Shown here piece after piece: positions 22,419-36,430 of a DNA stretch of 64,000 nt. Under the pieces are notes generated by a model, which had not been told where the DNA came from, searched no databases, and saw nothing but the letters and a program-made list of their open reading frames with translations. The translations under genes and the position numbers were made by a program. Origin of the DNA: Marsupella aquatica (Eukaryota; Plantae; Marchantiophyta). The stretch's first letter is position 1. Each line of letters starts with the position of its first letter. The stretch covers positions 7,609,251 through 7,673,250 of the forward strand of contig OZ316892.1 in the NCBI GenBank assembly GCA_973895155.1. Direction: 5' to 3'.

Positions 22419-24439
22419 GTGAAATGAAAATAACATTATTTACGGACCCCACTAGAGGTACTTTCCAAAATTCTTGGCACCATAGCGTGTCACGTCAACA
22501 ACGACCGCAACAAACAAGACTAGTCGGTTTTGTGAATCAAACTTATAGTTTTCATTCGTGTTTGTGTCAATTTGGGTGTAAATTTTGGAACATCGTGCCG
22601 TAAAAAGAAAAGTAAAAACATTGGAAATACAAAGAGCAAGACGGTTAAAACTATCACTATGTAACCGTTTTAGTTACATTTCCAATTTTAAAACTTAAAT
22701 TCAAAGATTTATAAAAAGTATTTTTCATATAATAAATAATGACTAATAACTAACTTGATAACTTCCTCGTTAAACCGCAACTCCCGGTATGTAAGGACCT
22801 CTCGTATTGTACGGCCATTAATGCTGGGAAGAGCACATAGAAACCCAGGATCGGGGAGGAGGAATGGCTGGAATCTTGAAAGTTCATCGAATTCTATATT
22901 CAAAACTATTTACTCATTCTCAAAACAAAAAATACCCACTATTAGATCTCATTGAGATCTTTCTTTTGCACCCTAGATCGCCTTCTAACATGGATGAATA
23001 AGATTTCTAGAGGCATTACAAAATGGACGGCAAAGATCGTAAAATCAACAAAATCGACGGCTAGGAAGGCTTGGATTTGTTTAATTTTTCATTTGAAAAA
23101 TATTAACCCATTTGCAAAACAGACAGAACCCATCCATAGATCTATTTGAGATCTTTATTTTGAGCCATAGATTGGCCATTATGATGGACGGACGAGATTT
23201 CTGGAGATAAGAAATGGAGACGGCTCAGATCGACTCTTCCCCCTGATTTTATTAGCCAAGGGGTCCACGAACTAATTCTTGGTTTTTTTTAAGTTGGAAG
23301 AGTAGGAAGAAGAACCACAGTAGCATGAATTTTATTTTGGGGAGTTCAATGAAGGACACAGCCTGACGAATGAGGGAACACGCATAGTAAGTACAGGAAG
23401 GGTCAGTTTTTATGCACCCCTTTTCCTTCCTGATGGCCCCTTTCTTGCAAGGAGGGTGAAACAGTGGAAATGTACCCGTACACTTTGGATGCACTGCCCC
23501 CTTTTGCAAGCGAGAGTGTAGGTTTATTCTTGAAAAAAGACATTAAGATCTCTGTGTTAAATTCCCAATAGTCTATTGCCAGTGTGCTCCAATTTAGTTT
23601 TTTATTTTATTTCTTTGGGGAGAGGAGATTAAATGGCCCTACTGTGCACCAGTTGACTGGCATGTAAATAAGCACTGAAAACCTGAACATCAACAACATT
23701 GCCTGGTAATTTGAGGTTCATGCGGGATAACGGTCCCCTCTCATCCCAATCTTGAGAAGCATTGGCCTCTAAGGATCCTTGGTGCACAAGCAGAAGTGGG
23801 TACCCAAAATATCCAATGCAGAACCCTTCCAAAACACCATGGTGCACACCAAAATGTCATGTCAAATGGTGAAATTCAACATAATATGGCGCTTTACAAA
23901 ATTTTCATTGTCTAGTGGCGGTGTTTGCCTGGTTAGGTTGTGTGTGGCCTTGGTGATAGTCACTTACCCTATTGTCACTATTTTAGGGCATCTAAACAAA
24001 TTCCTCTTCATGACATTCATATGTGGCTTATTCTAGTAGTTTGCTGTTCAATAAGGTTCTAGTTCCTTTGCTGTTATAAAGAACTCTGGCGGTTAGTTTC
24101 GCTCTTGGGTCTTCTCGGGGTTTGTCCCTTGAATGTGTACTCCCTTTATTGGATCTTTGGCCTCTGGGATCCTGTTACTTGGCTGTCTCCTAGTTTTGAG
24201 TTTTTTGTTGTTTGAAAGTGTGAAATGGATGGTTTGACATGGCAAATATATGTTGTGTAACTATACATTCATATATCATACGGTGAAAGTAAGGTCACAA
24301 TCGGAGTCACAATAGGCAGCATTTGGTGCCCCACATATGTGCAAGATCAATGGTGACACAATAACTAAGATGTGATGGGTGACTTCCTGTGAGGCCTTTG
24401 CACAATACTAGGGACCATTTTTCTTAGTCAGTCATTGAT

Positions 24440-27030
24440 AGTTACGCACCTCTGCCCTCTCCCACCCATTTTCTTCTTCCTTGAAAATTATCATTCCATT
24501 GAAACAGTAAAAGGCAGCGCATCTCAAGGGGGAAAGGCCAATCATGGCCATTTATTGACAAGCAATCCATTCTTCCCCTTGAGAGCAATTTTGACATCGA
24601 CACCCTAATCTGTTTTTGCATGACTGGAAAAAATTGGTTGAATTTCATTCAAAAAAACCAACATAGAACAAGGTTGGCCACAAATAGGGTCAGCACACAG
24701 GTAATATATAATTGCAATATCACTAAACTGTTGCTATTGAGAAGTAATGTGATTTCTTTGCACTTTGAACTCCCAGAGCATCAAGGTCCCATTGGACAAC
24801 ACAGCTTCCATAAAGACCCAAATTCACTCCCTAGATTGACATGGAGCATAGGAACACTGACAAGAATTCCAATTATCTTCCTCTAGGCCAACACGTGGTT
24901 ACTAGGTAACACGTGAATTGGTCCATCCTCCCAACGTACAAACTCACCAGCACCATTGAGCACATCCCTCATGAAAATCATCCCCACTCTCCTGATATTC
25001 CGGTGAGGATTGCTAGAGCACTTTCCATGATTGGGCGCAATATGGTTGGGATGCAGTCGACAAATTAAAGGGTGCGGTAGGCCCCAGGATTTTCTTAGTT
25101 ACATCCCAACCTGTGCAAATGTTGGTTCAAACTCCAAACCTCTGAATCATCGACCGCAGCACAAAGTGACATTGAGAGAAAAAAAACCAAGAGAAATCCT
25201 TTGATCCCCATTTTTGATTTGTTAGTCATTTCATTTTGTGATGCAGAATGTGCGGCAGAGGAGGTCATCCCCTGTGGTTGTCTTTGGGGTTGTCTTATGC
25301 CAAAGCCCAGATATATAATGGAGCTGCTAGCAAGTTTTCTGGATTGACACTGCCACGAGAGAAATTAGTCCAAGCTCGCCAAACTTCTTGGGTCTGAAAT
25401 GGTGGCAAAATTCACCCTAGGCCTGGCCTTTTTGTTTGGTCCTGCCCAGATGAAAGGAGTAATGTTTTTCCTCATGGGCATCCAGTCTACATTGTTGCCC
25501 TTCCCACACCATCAACATGTATCACATCGTACTCATATTAACCTGAGTGATGGTTGGCCACCATGACTCTAGCTAGGAGAGATCCAAATCTCTTGCATAC
25601 CTTGTCAAGCCTGGATTCCAGCTTGTTGGACAGAGTGAGGACGGACGGTGTGAGGACCCTTTGCTATTCCAAGATACCACAAGCAAAAGGGATCCCAAGG
25701 AAATTGATGCAGTAAGCTTGTCTTCCCACTTCCAGGGTAAGACCCCGGTAATTGTTGGAATTCATAATAATTACAATGAAGGGAAATGAAGGCATTTTTC
25801 TGTCATATGCATAACAAGCAAGAGACCTTGCCAACTAAATCCAAGAGCCTTTTGCACAAGTCAGCAAATTTCATCACAAGCTGTATGATCATTGCAAGCT
25901 AGGTCATTCACAAATGAATTGTGGACGCAATGGACAACAACCAACTGAATTTGAACCACTTGGATGGGACGCTGGTGTGCTCCCATTGCATCATAAGACA
26001 AAGGGCAGCAACTGCAATCAGAAAATGTGAAAGAGATTGAGGACAACCTTGCCTTAGAACTGATCTTGCTAAGTTTGCCATTCACTTAGGAGGATCACAA
26101 AGGTCATTGAAACATGTGCGGCTCTCAGATATTGCATATGTAATCCGGCAAAACCTACTTTTCCATGATTGAAAAAGAAAGTGCCACTTGTGCTTATCAA
26201 GGGCCTCGGTGACATCCAACTTCATAAAAATGCAATCCATTTCAGATGTAGTCACATGATGCATTTGTTGAGTAGCATGAGAGAGTGGGTGGATATTTCT
26301 GCCAGGCGTACTGTAGAGGTGTGTTGATAAGTTGGAGGATAAGGGTGTTGCAATTGGAGAGCCTTAGGCCCAACCTGCATGTAATCAGTCCTTCAGGAAG
26401 CGACCCTCATACTGCAACATGTGATGCTCAGGATTGAAGATCCTGCCATGCTGTAAATTCATCCTTAGGCAGTCCTGATCAGCAGGTCTTGTGGGGACCC
26501 AGGGGCAAGGACCGGAAACTTTACGGCCCTTGCAGATGGACCCGACCTTTTGTTTGCGTAAAAAACAAAAACTTCACTTTGCGCAGCCTCAATTCCATGT
26601 ATATCTCACTGCATGCCAAGCAGCCCATAGCGACATAGCAGGGACATGGACTCCTCAGCACACACAACACATAGTAGAGAGTAGGATTGAGTTGTTAAAG
26701 AAGATTGTGCTTTTCCCTGAAGTGTCGGGCCGACTATATGTGCGTTGGCCCTTAGCTATGATCTTGTGTAGCACATTCAGCAAAGTGATGGGGTGTTTGT
26801 TGGTAAGTTCTCATTGGTCATCTTTCTTGAGGGGAGAATAATGAAGCCAGAGGTCAAAATCAAGGGGGAAGTGGCCATTGGAAGTACCCAGGGAGATAGC
26901 CCTTTGGAAGAAGGCCCCACCATTTTCCAGTTAGCCACTAAGAATTACAAATGCCACATCGATCCGGACTAGGGCATTTGTTGTTTGCCAATGCTATGTT
27001 GTTGTCTTACCAAACGCATAATTAAACTGT
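24440..27030 (-). mobile_element. Decayed L1-type LINE ORF2 (reverse transcriptase region), interrupted by a MITE
   Basis: Ordered - strand motifs: KCPSPDR (~KSPGPDG), KHPITLLNVLHKIIA|KALQL (RPITLLN..YKI.AK), MKLDVTEALDKHKWHFL (KLD..KAYD...W.FL), NFLGIPF (YLGIP), SFIWAG and PKKFGELGL (PK..GGLG). Many stops and frameshifts. Confidence 0.85.
26367..26751. mobile_element. PIF/Harbinger (Tourist-like) MITE, copy A, inserted in the LINE RT
   Basis: TTA duplication at 26364-26366 and 26752-26754. ~25-bp imperfect TIRs GGCCCAACCTGCATGTAATCAGTCC / GGGCCGACTATATGTGCGTTGGCCC. Internal homology to 30554-30887. Confidence 0.85.
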
Positions 27031-27065
27031 GAGGGGGACACACCCTAATGTTCAGGCAGGACCTA

Positions 27066-27735
27066 CACTGCTCACCGTAATTAGTGTTATGCCAGAATTA
27101 GTGTTAGTCCCACTAATTTATGTGAACTTGATCCGGAAGCAAAAGTAACACTAATTGGTGTCGGTTTTCAAAAAAAAAATTGAGGTTTTGTTTACATGTT
27201 TTGTTCAACATATTATTGTAGAGCATCTGGAGCTGAAAGCTCTATAGTCATGGAGGGCTAGAGTATCTACTAGCTAAGGGATTTGAGGGCTCCAAAACAT
27301 TTACTCCTGTGTGCAATTGTTTTTGGAGGTTTTATTTCCCATCCAACAGTAGAGCATTTGGAGGTGCTCTATAGTCGTGGAGGCTATTAGAGATCTTTTT
27401 CTGTCAATTCACATTGTGCTCATCAATCAATGTTAGCCTGAATGAGAGTGACGACTGAATACCCTAACAAAGAGCCTGTGATGAGAGGCCTGGTTGCCAA
27501 GAACACTTGAAGTCCCGTCACTCTGGTGCCGCGCGATATGAGTCAAAAAGTCACGTGAATTAGTGGTACATGACACTATTTTGCGTGCACGCAAATTAGT
27601 GTTAAGCACTACTATTTGGCATGAGCGGAATTAGTGTTTGCTCGGAATTAGTGTGACTAACACTAATTCACGAGTAGACCCCAAACATTGGGGCTCTCAA
27701 ATTAGTGTTACTCACACTAATTACGGTGAACACTG
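27066..27735. mobile_element. Non-autonomous Tc1/mariner-type element (670 bp)
   Basis: TA on both sides (27064-27065, 27736-27737). TIRs CACTGCTCACCGTAATTAGTGT / ACACTAATTACGGTGAACACTG. Many subterminal AATTAGTGT motifs. Confidence 0.85.
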
Positions 27736-27904
27736 TACCTTTTCATTTCCTTCTATAAGTCATGTGAATCAAAGTGAATGTTGTCCGCTGTGCAAGCAGT
27801 CGCTGCTGGCGGGGCTGCCGGTAGCCAGTTGGTGCAGGTTAGCTGGGTGTAGAATAAACTGAAATACGTCAAACCCGCCAATATTAACATCCAGCAGGCC
27901 ATGT

Positions 27905-28250
27905 CCTGCTGGTAGGCTGTGAGAGTGTGGGGAGAGAGGTTATGGGTTCAAATCTTGCTTGTGTCATTTTCCTTCTTAACACACATCCCCCCAAACGTGG
28001 GGCCCAGAGGTCTCTAGTGACATTCAATTTTTTTTCTGATTCCACCCCGAGTTAACACACATACTCCCCATAAAGTGGGCTTCACTAGCACCTAGTGACC
28101 CTTAGAATTTTATCATTTGAAGGAGAGGGGTCTCCAGTGACATTAGTATTTTTTTCTGATTCCACCACCGGAGTTAACACACATACTTCCCATAAAGTGG
28201 CGTTCACTAGCACCTAGTGACACTTAGAATTTTTTCCTTGAAGGAGAGGG
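27905..28250 (+). repeat. Possible tRNA-derived SINE-like head followed by a ~122-bp tandem duplication
   Basis: B-box-like GGTTCAAATC near 27945. GGTCTC(T/C)AGTGACATT...TTCTGATTCCACC...TTCACTAGCACCTAGTGAC.CTTAGAATTTT occurs twice (~28009 and ~28129). Confidence 0.45.
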
Positions 28251-30553
28251 AACGGGCTGTAGCAGTTTTTGGTCATTGTTCACTCAGCTACAAGACAACA
28301 TTAACCGCACAACAAGTGACTTGTAGAAGTTAGTCCTTTTTCATAATTAAAGACCAACCCCAAATCCTGGTTGTAGTGTAGATCACTCATTTTGTGACTC
28401 AGCTATGTATATCTTTCAGGGGCCTCCAACAGGGTCCTTTTCACTTTATCTCATGAATCTTACTAGTGAACCCCATCAAAAGCTACTCTTCAGGGTATTG
28501 TCTAGAGTGATGCCTCTAGACTATAACTCTCAGTAGATAGTGGTAGTGGATAAAGAAAACAAGGATGGGAGCAAAGATAACCCAAATAAGGAATTTGTTT
28601 TGCAGATTTGTTGTTGTCCATTTTTATTTGCTTTCAAGGAAGGAACCACCATGCTAGTGTTATTAAAGGCAGTGTATTCTTTTTTTATGTTTTTTCTTTC
28701 GGGTCCCTGTGAGGCTGTGACAATATGTCACCTTGTGTGAAGGGGAAGATGCTAGAAAGATTCATTTCCAAATTTGACTATATTACTTTTTGTTTGTCAG
28801 TACTCCCTAGACATTATAAGGCTAGTCCGCTAGTGGGTCTGTGGCTAGGTGGAAATCTGGCTGATGCAAAATAGAAACCTATACAAACTAATTTTTGCCA
28901 AAAGTAGCAAAGACTTTCAGAAGGATGCAATCATTTTGGCCAAAAGTGGCGAATTCTTTTAAGAGGGATGCAATAATTTTGGCCAAAAGTGACGGAATCT
29001 ACAGTTACCTAATTTCGTCACAAGAGAATGCTGCCCACCGGTGTTGGGGCCACCCAATCCTTTTGAGGTTAGTTTTGTTTTGTTTTTGTGGGCTTGACTT
29101 GTTGGGTTTTTTTGTCTCCTTGGGGTCTTCCCCCCCCCCCCCCCCCCTTTTTATTGGGTTCTTTTGTCTTTGGGATCATGTCTCCCAGTTTGGCCCTCCT
29201 ATCTTTTTGAGAGTGTGATATATATTTTTAGAGAGATGAAATCTATAACTAATGTTCGTCACTAAAAAATAGTTGCTTACTAGTATTGGTTCCAACTAAT
29301 ATAAGATTAATATAAGATATGGTGATGTCACTCGCTTTTGTTTCTTTCGCTTATGTGGATGGGGAGATCGGCTTGGACCGCATGCCAAGCACAAAATGAC
29401 CCTTGGATTCGACATCCCTGCAGTTGGGCTCTCTCCTGCACAGTAGCTCATCAGTCCACTTTGATTGCCAAATAATGCATCCCATAAGATGGGCCTTGGC
29501 ACCAGTACATCAAAAAACCTAAGAAACAATTGTCATTCACAAAAAAACATTTTGATAATTATTTTAATAGTTAGGTTTTTTAATCTCCGGCAGGTGCCAG
29601 CAGGTTCAGAGGAAATATTTGAGATAGCAAGATATATGTGTGGTTCCGATGATGTTAACAAAATTGTTTTTTGATGAAGGGCCAGGATTGGTTCTTGTCT
29701 GTTTCTCATTTTGTAATAAAAAAAGATGAGAGAAGTTTTTGGTAAGATTTGGTATTGAAATGCGTCTTGATAAATTGGTTTAACCTGTGTGCATTTGTTA
29801 TGTAAGATAGATTACCCCGCACTGTCCGCAGGCTGTTACCTTTGACTGTGCACTTAAAGCTAGGCCAAATATGTATATCAACTAAAAACACCGATTTCTA
29901 TTCTTAGGCTTTAAAAATGGGCCTATTATCACGGTCCTCACGGAGTATCTGCTGGAAATGATACGGATATATTTATTTGCTAGATTAAAATAATGCATGC
30001 TTTAGATTTGGCATGTGAACAGCCGTATCTCCTATGCCGGCGTTATCTCCCAAGCCAGCGTTACCTTTCAAGTTTCAGCTTGGTGCCTTGATCTTTGTGG
30101 TTAAATGATGTTGAAATATCGTTGGGTTTTAGCTATAAAATACCTGAAATTTCCCTCTACCAATGAGCAAAGGGCATCCAGTGAAACTGAAAATATTTTA
30201 AAAGGGCACCCGGTAAAAGAGGGTCAACAAATGGCACCTAAATCAGTGGATTCCTTCGTGCTGTATCTAATAACTTGATTTTGTCTTTCTTAAAGTCCCG
30301 CTTAAAGTAACTTCCGCTCTCTAGCACTGTAGATGCACGGGAGACAAGTGATCCGTGGTTCCCACCGGAACTTGAAGCCCTCCTTTGAAAATTTGAGAGG
30401 GTGGACAAAGAGAGGGTGAGGGCGACTGTTTTTGGCCCTCATCTGCCTAAAATAGTTGTTTCTCAGTGAGAGAAAGGCCGGGAGCTCAACTTTGTGAGTT
30501 TTGCAGCTTGCATTTAAACGTCCATTGTAACTTCATCGCATGGCAGCAACTTA

Positions 30554-30887
30554 GAGCCAACTTGCATGTAGTCTGCCCTACTAAATGCAACCCTTAAACT
30601 GAGACGTGTCATTCTCTTAATTCATGGTTCTGGCATGCCGTAAGCCCCTCTGTAGGCAGGCCTCATGGCAGGGTTTTATGGGGACCCAAGGGCAAAGGCC
30701 GGACACGTTCCGGCCCTTACAGGTCCCGACCCTGAGTGGCAAATAAAACAAAAGCACCGCATTACAGATGTTGAGCACAAGGCCTTTGGTGGATTTATGT
30801 AGTTGTTACTGCAGATCGCGCAGAATCCTGAACTTCCTCCATTCTAAGGGCCACATTTCTTAGGGCCGACTACATGCGAGTTTGCCC
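30554..30887. mobile_element. PIF/Harbinger (Tourist-like) MITE, copy B
   Basis: TTA duplication at 30551-30553 and 30888-30890. TIRs GAGCCAACTTGCATGTAGTCTGCCC / GGGCCGACTACATGCGAGTTTGCCC. Shares the internal GGGGACCCA.GGGCAA.G.CCGGA..TT.CGGCCCTT with copy A. Confidence 0.85.
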
Positions 30888-31562
30888 TTAGTCATATAGA
30901 GAATTATATTGGCTGAAATACCAGGTCCACTTTACTCCAGCTGTGGCAGGAGTAAAGTCTAGACTGAATAGGAGATGGCAAAGGAGGTGGTGAGCAGATC
31001 GTGAAGTGGTCTATCCACTCCCACAATCAGGATGATTTGGAGAATCTTGAGCTCAGCTTCTTTCAAATAGCGCATTTCAGTGGATTTACAGGGTGCCCAG
31101 GCTTGTTTCCTCAGAGTGGGCACCACTTTGCTTCCGCAGACGCTAGCCCCCTTATAGTACATTCCTGTCGCACTTGCTGATTTGATTAGGACATTGGATG
31201 TGGCCCATTACCTCTTGTCACATTCTCCAATCTAGACACTAGTCCTTGAGTTTGCACTCATGTAATGTTTGACACTTTTCTCTTTTTCTTCATCCTTTTT
31301 TAGGTTTTCATTTCCTTTTTTGTCCTGGTTAGGTGTTTGTTTTTGGAACTCCTTTCCTTTCCTTTCATTGTACTTTGTTTTTCCCTGATTTATAAATTTT
31401 GCTGGAAGATTTCCTTTAGTGAATTTTCTCTTTGTAAGTTTGGTGGAATGGAGAAGAATCCAAAACTTCTCAGACATCTAGTTAGTCTTGCAAAATAAGC
31501 TTTACTTTTGCTGAACATAGTAAAAAAACAATTTACAAATTTGGCCTTTAAGTTTACTAAAA

Positions 31563-31720
31563 CCCTCTTATGAGACCATCATGGGCTATAGTAGCCCTAA
31601 ACTCAGGCTAAAGCCTTCTCATGAAGCCATCATGGGCTATGGTAGCCCCTAAACTCAAGCTAAAGCCCTCCTATGAGGCCATCGTAGACTATAGTAGCCC
31701 CTAAACTCAAGCTAATGCCC
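31563..31720. repeat. Tandem repeat, 51-52-bp unit x3
   Basis: ATGA..CCATC.T.G.CTAT.GTAGCCC(C)TAAACTCA.GCTAA.GCC at 31570, 31621 and 31673. Confidence 0.9.
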
Positions 31721-33641
31721 TCATTTGGGGCGTGTGTTGTGGCGGTATAGCCTATACCAGAGAGTTACTATGGATATACAAATTGGTGAGGGCTCGTATA
31801 TAGGGGGAGACAGTGACTATATACAAATCAAAGGGGTGTCTTATGGGGGGGGAGTGGGAGATGGGCTGTGTTCTGCTTGTAAATTACACCTTAAGCATCA
31901 AACATTTGTTCCACAATTGTCTGACTGTGCTTAGCCGCTAGATGCAGGGCCAGATGGTGGACAGTTTTTGATAAGCTCGGGCACACCACGTTCCAGGGTG
32001 CTGTATGGCAGGTAGTGTAACCTGGGAGGAAATAAAATTTGCTGTTGTGAGGAAAAACTTACTTATGGTACCTGCGTTACTAGCAAACATGGTCCCCAGC
32101 TAGCCAAAACTTGGTTTCAAACTGCCCAAAATTCCCATAATCAGAAAGTTAATTTATGTAAAAACTTCAGCAAGTTCAGGAAAGAAACAAGAAAAATAAT
32201 ATCCCTGAAATTAAGGTCATGCAGTAGTGTGTAAAGAACGAAGAAAAAGTTGAAATGGTAGGATTTAAGGCCTTGCCAGGATTTGCTAGTAAAATTGTCT
32301 GTTGTGGTATTTTACTTTTGTTTTATATGGTAAGACTTTTGTATATAACACCATTCTGTTCACATGGCATAGTGGTCCATAATGCGCCCCCCCCCCCACC
32401 CCGAAAACAAGGGCTCAAGTTTTTAGGGGCTGTAGGGATCCACAATGAGCCGGATAACTGAAAATTAATATCTTAAAGGCCTAAGAGAACATTTACCGTG
32501 CATTCTTCTCTTTTCTTGTCCTGAGAAATACAAATAGAAAATTTCTAGAGTGCATTTGCCAGTACGAAAATTTCAAGGCATCATTGGAGAAAGAGTGCTC
32601 AAGATTTGTATAAACTCATTATAAAGATCTAATAACAATAAAAATCTCTTTAGAACTTCAAGTCAATTAATGTACTCTTCAATGGGCACTAATAATCCCT
32701 AAAAACTGAGCTGAAGCTCTTCTTTTTGTGGGCAGCTATATCCCACAATGTTCTGCAAACAGGATTTAATTGCCCATGTATGCCCAAATCAAACAGCCCT
32801 GGCGTAATTCCATCCTCAAATCAAGGTGTATATCATAGAAAATAAATGCTCTAAATAATAGAAAGCCACTCTCAGAAGTCTTTACTAAAGCACGATGCCT
32901 GCAAAGGGCCATTGATGAAATTCATGGAGATGCCCTACTATCGACGTTACCCACTTTCAGGTCTCAAATCACCCCCTGCCCTTGCATGATGCTGATGCCT
33001 GTGCTGATGGACTTGGACAATCGATCCTACTTTGGCAGTGTTAGCGCACTGAGGATTAAGGTTGTTCTTTTGGAATCTGGCCCCTAACGCGGCCTCACCC
33101 AGTCACCCAGTCACCCTCCAGCATGCTTGCAAGACAGCCTAGCACTATTTGGGTCTGCCACTTTTCTGCATGGTTGTGTGCTGGAAGGATCAAACTCCTA
33201 CTGTAGTCCTTCGGTTGATGACTATTGGGATACTCTTTGACTCATGGTTCACTCTGGGGGTCAACTACCACCAAGTTGGAAGGTGCAATCCAAAACAGGT
33301 AGTTTCATACTATTTTGACCAAAATCATAAAATATATCAGGTGAAATCAATTATTTACAACACAACATTAGATAAATATACTCAGAAATATCCTTATTTC
33401 ATACCTTTACAAAGTAAAATAATTCAATCAGCATTGAAAATCAGAATATCTGTAGTTAGGGTTCAACTTTAGTGAAAGACACTTCAAGTGTGATGAAACA
33501 TATGGTCATTTTATTGGTTTTAAAGAAAGACTAAAGAACTTTGTGGAGTTTAAAATATTGTGGTGTGCTGGTTTTTATTCTTGCAAATAATAAAAGTATC
33601 CATTCTAGGCGCCAAATAACTTCCCTTGGTGTAGCCTCAAG

Positions 33642-33973
33642 TGTTGAACTAAGACATCATTCGCAACGACCATACAACCATGACTCATTCCATGCACACG
33701 TAGTCGACACAATCTCTACGTGGTTCACCTCTTCTCCAAGGCTATGTCCACACAAACACTCAAGCTTTACTTCAAGAGTAAACGAACACACATGCTCTCC
33801 CTCTTCCTCAAGTTGCTCCGTTACAATCAGTAAGCACCACACACCAGCGGCTTACACTAGCCCTGGTATATACAAGGTCACACACGACTAATCTAACCTC
33901 AGCTAAGATCCTAACTGTGGTTAGCCTAAGTGCCGTAACCTATGAGTCACAAGACTAAGAGCAATCCTTAACA
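33642..33973. mobile_element. Solo LTR (Copia-like), 332 bp
   Basis: TGTT...AACA termini. Perfect 5-bp target duplication TCAAG (33637-33641, 33974-33978). Homologous to 42872-43164 (GTAGTCGACACA, GTGGTTCACCTC, GGCTA.GTCCAC, GAGTCACAAGACTAAGAGCAAT). Confidence 0.85.
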
Positions 33974-34459
33974 TCAAGTGGTACCAACTTACTTGGTGAC
34001 TGAGTTGCTTAAGGTCCTTCCTATATGCCCCCCCCCCCCAAAAAAAAAAAAAAACCAAAAAAAAACCAACAAAACAAGAAAAGAGATAAAACAACAAACA
34101 GAGAGATGGATATTGTAATCTAGCATTTGAAATGAATTACAGGCAAATTGCTTGCTTTAAGCTAATGCCACTACAACTCTACAAACAACCCTACTAGTTG
34201 AATTTATATTGCTCTGGGGAAGGATTTGTACCCCGATTTGTACTCTTCTTGGTCCTTCATATAGTATAGCATGTTCATCGTGCAACATGCCTTTTTTTTG
34301 TCTTGTTGTGATATGTAATTCATATAAGTTATTTTATGATAAAAGAAGTAAGTACATGTAAAGTATACACCAAGAAATTAATATTTGTTAATTAAGGGTG
34401 AGTGACATAACACACAAAACCATAAGTACACATGCAAAGAAAACCACATTATGATCAAG

Positions 34460-34720
34460 AAAATATAAAGGTACTAAAGAGTTGTGCACAAACAATACAA
34501 ATTTTCACTTGCTTAGGTAATGAGAGTAAACTCAATTAAAACCATAAAATATAACGGTACTAAAGAGTTGTGCACATACAGTACAAATTTTCACTTGCTT
34601 AGGTAATGAGAGTAAACTCAATTAAAACCAGAAAATATAACGGTACTAAAGAGTTGTGCACATACAGTACAAATTTTCACTTGCTTAGGTAATGAGAGTA
34701 AACTCAATTAAAACCATAAA
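34460..34720. repeat. Near-perfect tandem repeat, 86-bp unit x3
   Basis: GTACTAAAGAGTTGTGCACA...TTTTCACTTGCTTAGGTAATGAGAGTAAACTCAATTAAAACCA at 34471, 34557 and 34643. Confidence 0.95.
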
Positions 34721-35989
34721 TTTTATAAAGGAAACCACAAGGGAACTTAGTAGACCAGATGTGCACATTGTTCAAATTTATTTCTCTCACTCTCTTGAGA
34801 AAAACAAATTCACTAAAGAGTGATTCAAAATGAAAGATTAAACATTTATGAGGGAGCCAAATACATTCAAAATACTCTAAGTTCACTAAAATTTAAAGGG
34901 GTCTAAAAGTTAATTCAAAATAAACTTAATACAAATGATTCACCTTGTTAAGGCACATTAAAATCAAAATACTAGACGCAAAATTTGAATAAGACAAAAT
35001 TTGAAAGGTGGATTCACCATATATAGCAGTTTCATAAAAATCCTTCATATGCTTCATAGGATTCTAGAACCTTTGAGATACCTTGATTAAATTACCTCAT
35101 TGCACACTGTCTGGGGTGCACAGGAATGGAGTACTATTTTATTAGTAACATGGGCCATACACTTAAATCGGTTAACTTACTTGGTTTCAGAGTGATTGAC
35201 TTGAGTTGTCACTTTGGGAGAGGGGTATGGTGTATTGTCTACAGTGTCTAAGAGCAGCCAGGCTCTTGGGAAGACAGCTCGAGCTCGCACTTATTTATAG
35301 GTGCACTACCCAATAAGTGTATGGAGTTAAGGTTATGCATTTTTGTTTTTTTGCCTTGAAAACCAAAAACAGACCCATCCAACAGAGGATAGACATAGTT
35401 AGGTTTTGACTAGTTGTCAACTCGTCAAGCTACCATCGGGGCTACCATGGAGGCCGGCTCGATAATGCAACTAAAACTGGCCCTAAACCCTAAATCCTAA
35501 ACCTGAAAGCGTCAAGACATCATGCCATTACTTAGGAACACCGGTTCAGTTGACCCATATGAAAATTTCCAAGTGTAAAATGAAATCATGATTTAGAACA
35601 TTTGACCATATTTGTGTTAATTGGAAGTGGAGCATATGATCTCAAAAAAGTCTCAAACTTTGTCAAGCAATACATTGGACATCAGAGACTATGCTGGAAA
35701 AATTTCAGCTTAAATAGAGATCCAAAAGGTTTTCAAATAAATAAGCCCATCTGCCAAATTCAAAGGTAAGGTTTATGTCCCAAACAGTTGACAACTTTGA
35801 TTCTCCAGTCACCCAAACTAGTCAAAATTACTTGCCTGCCCCCAAATTTCAAGCTGCCCCCATTTTGTATGCTGGTTAGCCCTGTAACCTGTTTGAGTGC
35901 TCTAAGACTTTGATTCTGAGGGCCTAGTGCTTGCCGGTCTTGGACCTCCTCATCCCTCCTGAACAGATAGCTACAACAACCTGACGCCA

Positions 35990-36430
35990 CAAGAAACCAT
36001 GGCCCCTACTATGCTGCTGCTATTCTCATAATCTTAACTTGTGCCCAAAAAATTGTAGCTAAATAACCTCACCCAGACAAATCTTCCGCACAATGTTTGA
36101 TATCTGGCGCAGGACAAGAACCTATGGCCCATTCTTTTCTATGCTGATATTCTCATAATCTTGTGCCGGGAAATTTGTAGCTGGATAACCTCATCTTGGA
36201 CAAAACTTACCCACAACACCCAACGTCTGGGGTGGGGAAAAGAATTATGGCCTCATTTCTCCTCTATGCTGCTATTCTCATAAATCTTGTGCCAGGAAAG
36301 TTTTAGCTAGATAACCTTGACCGTGACAAAAATTCCCACTAAATCCAATGTCTAGCGCAAAGGGTTAATTTGTAACCGGATAACCCTGACCCTGACAAAA
36401 ATCACCCAGGAAATCTAATGTCTGGTGCAA
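35990..36430. repeat. Diverged tandem repeat, ~120-125-bp unit x3 plus a partial unit
   Basis: Recurring ATGGCC...TATGCTG.TATTCTCATAA.TCTTGTGCC...TAGCT..ATAACCT...GACAAA. Confidence 0.75.

Noticed and set aside
29479-29488. Second ATCCCATAAG identical to the U1 USE (similar cores at 57190 and 63182)
   Set aside because: No recognisable snRNA follows at the expected distance.
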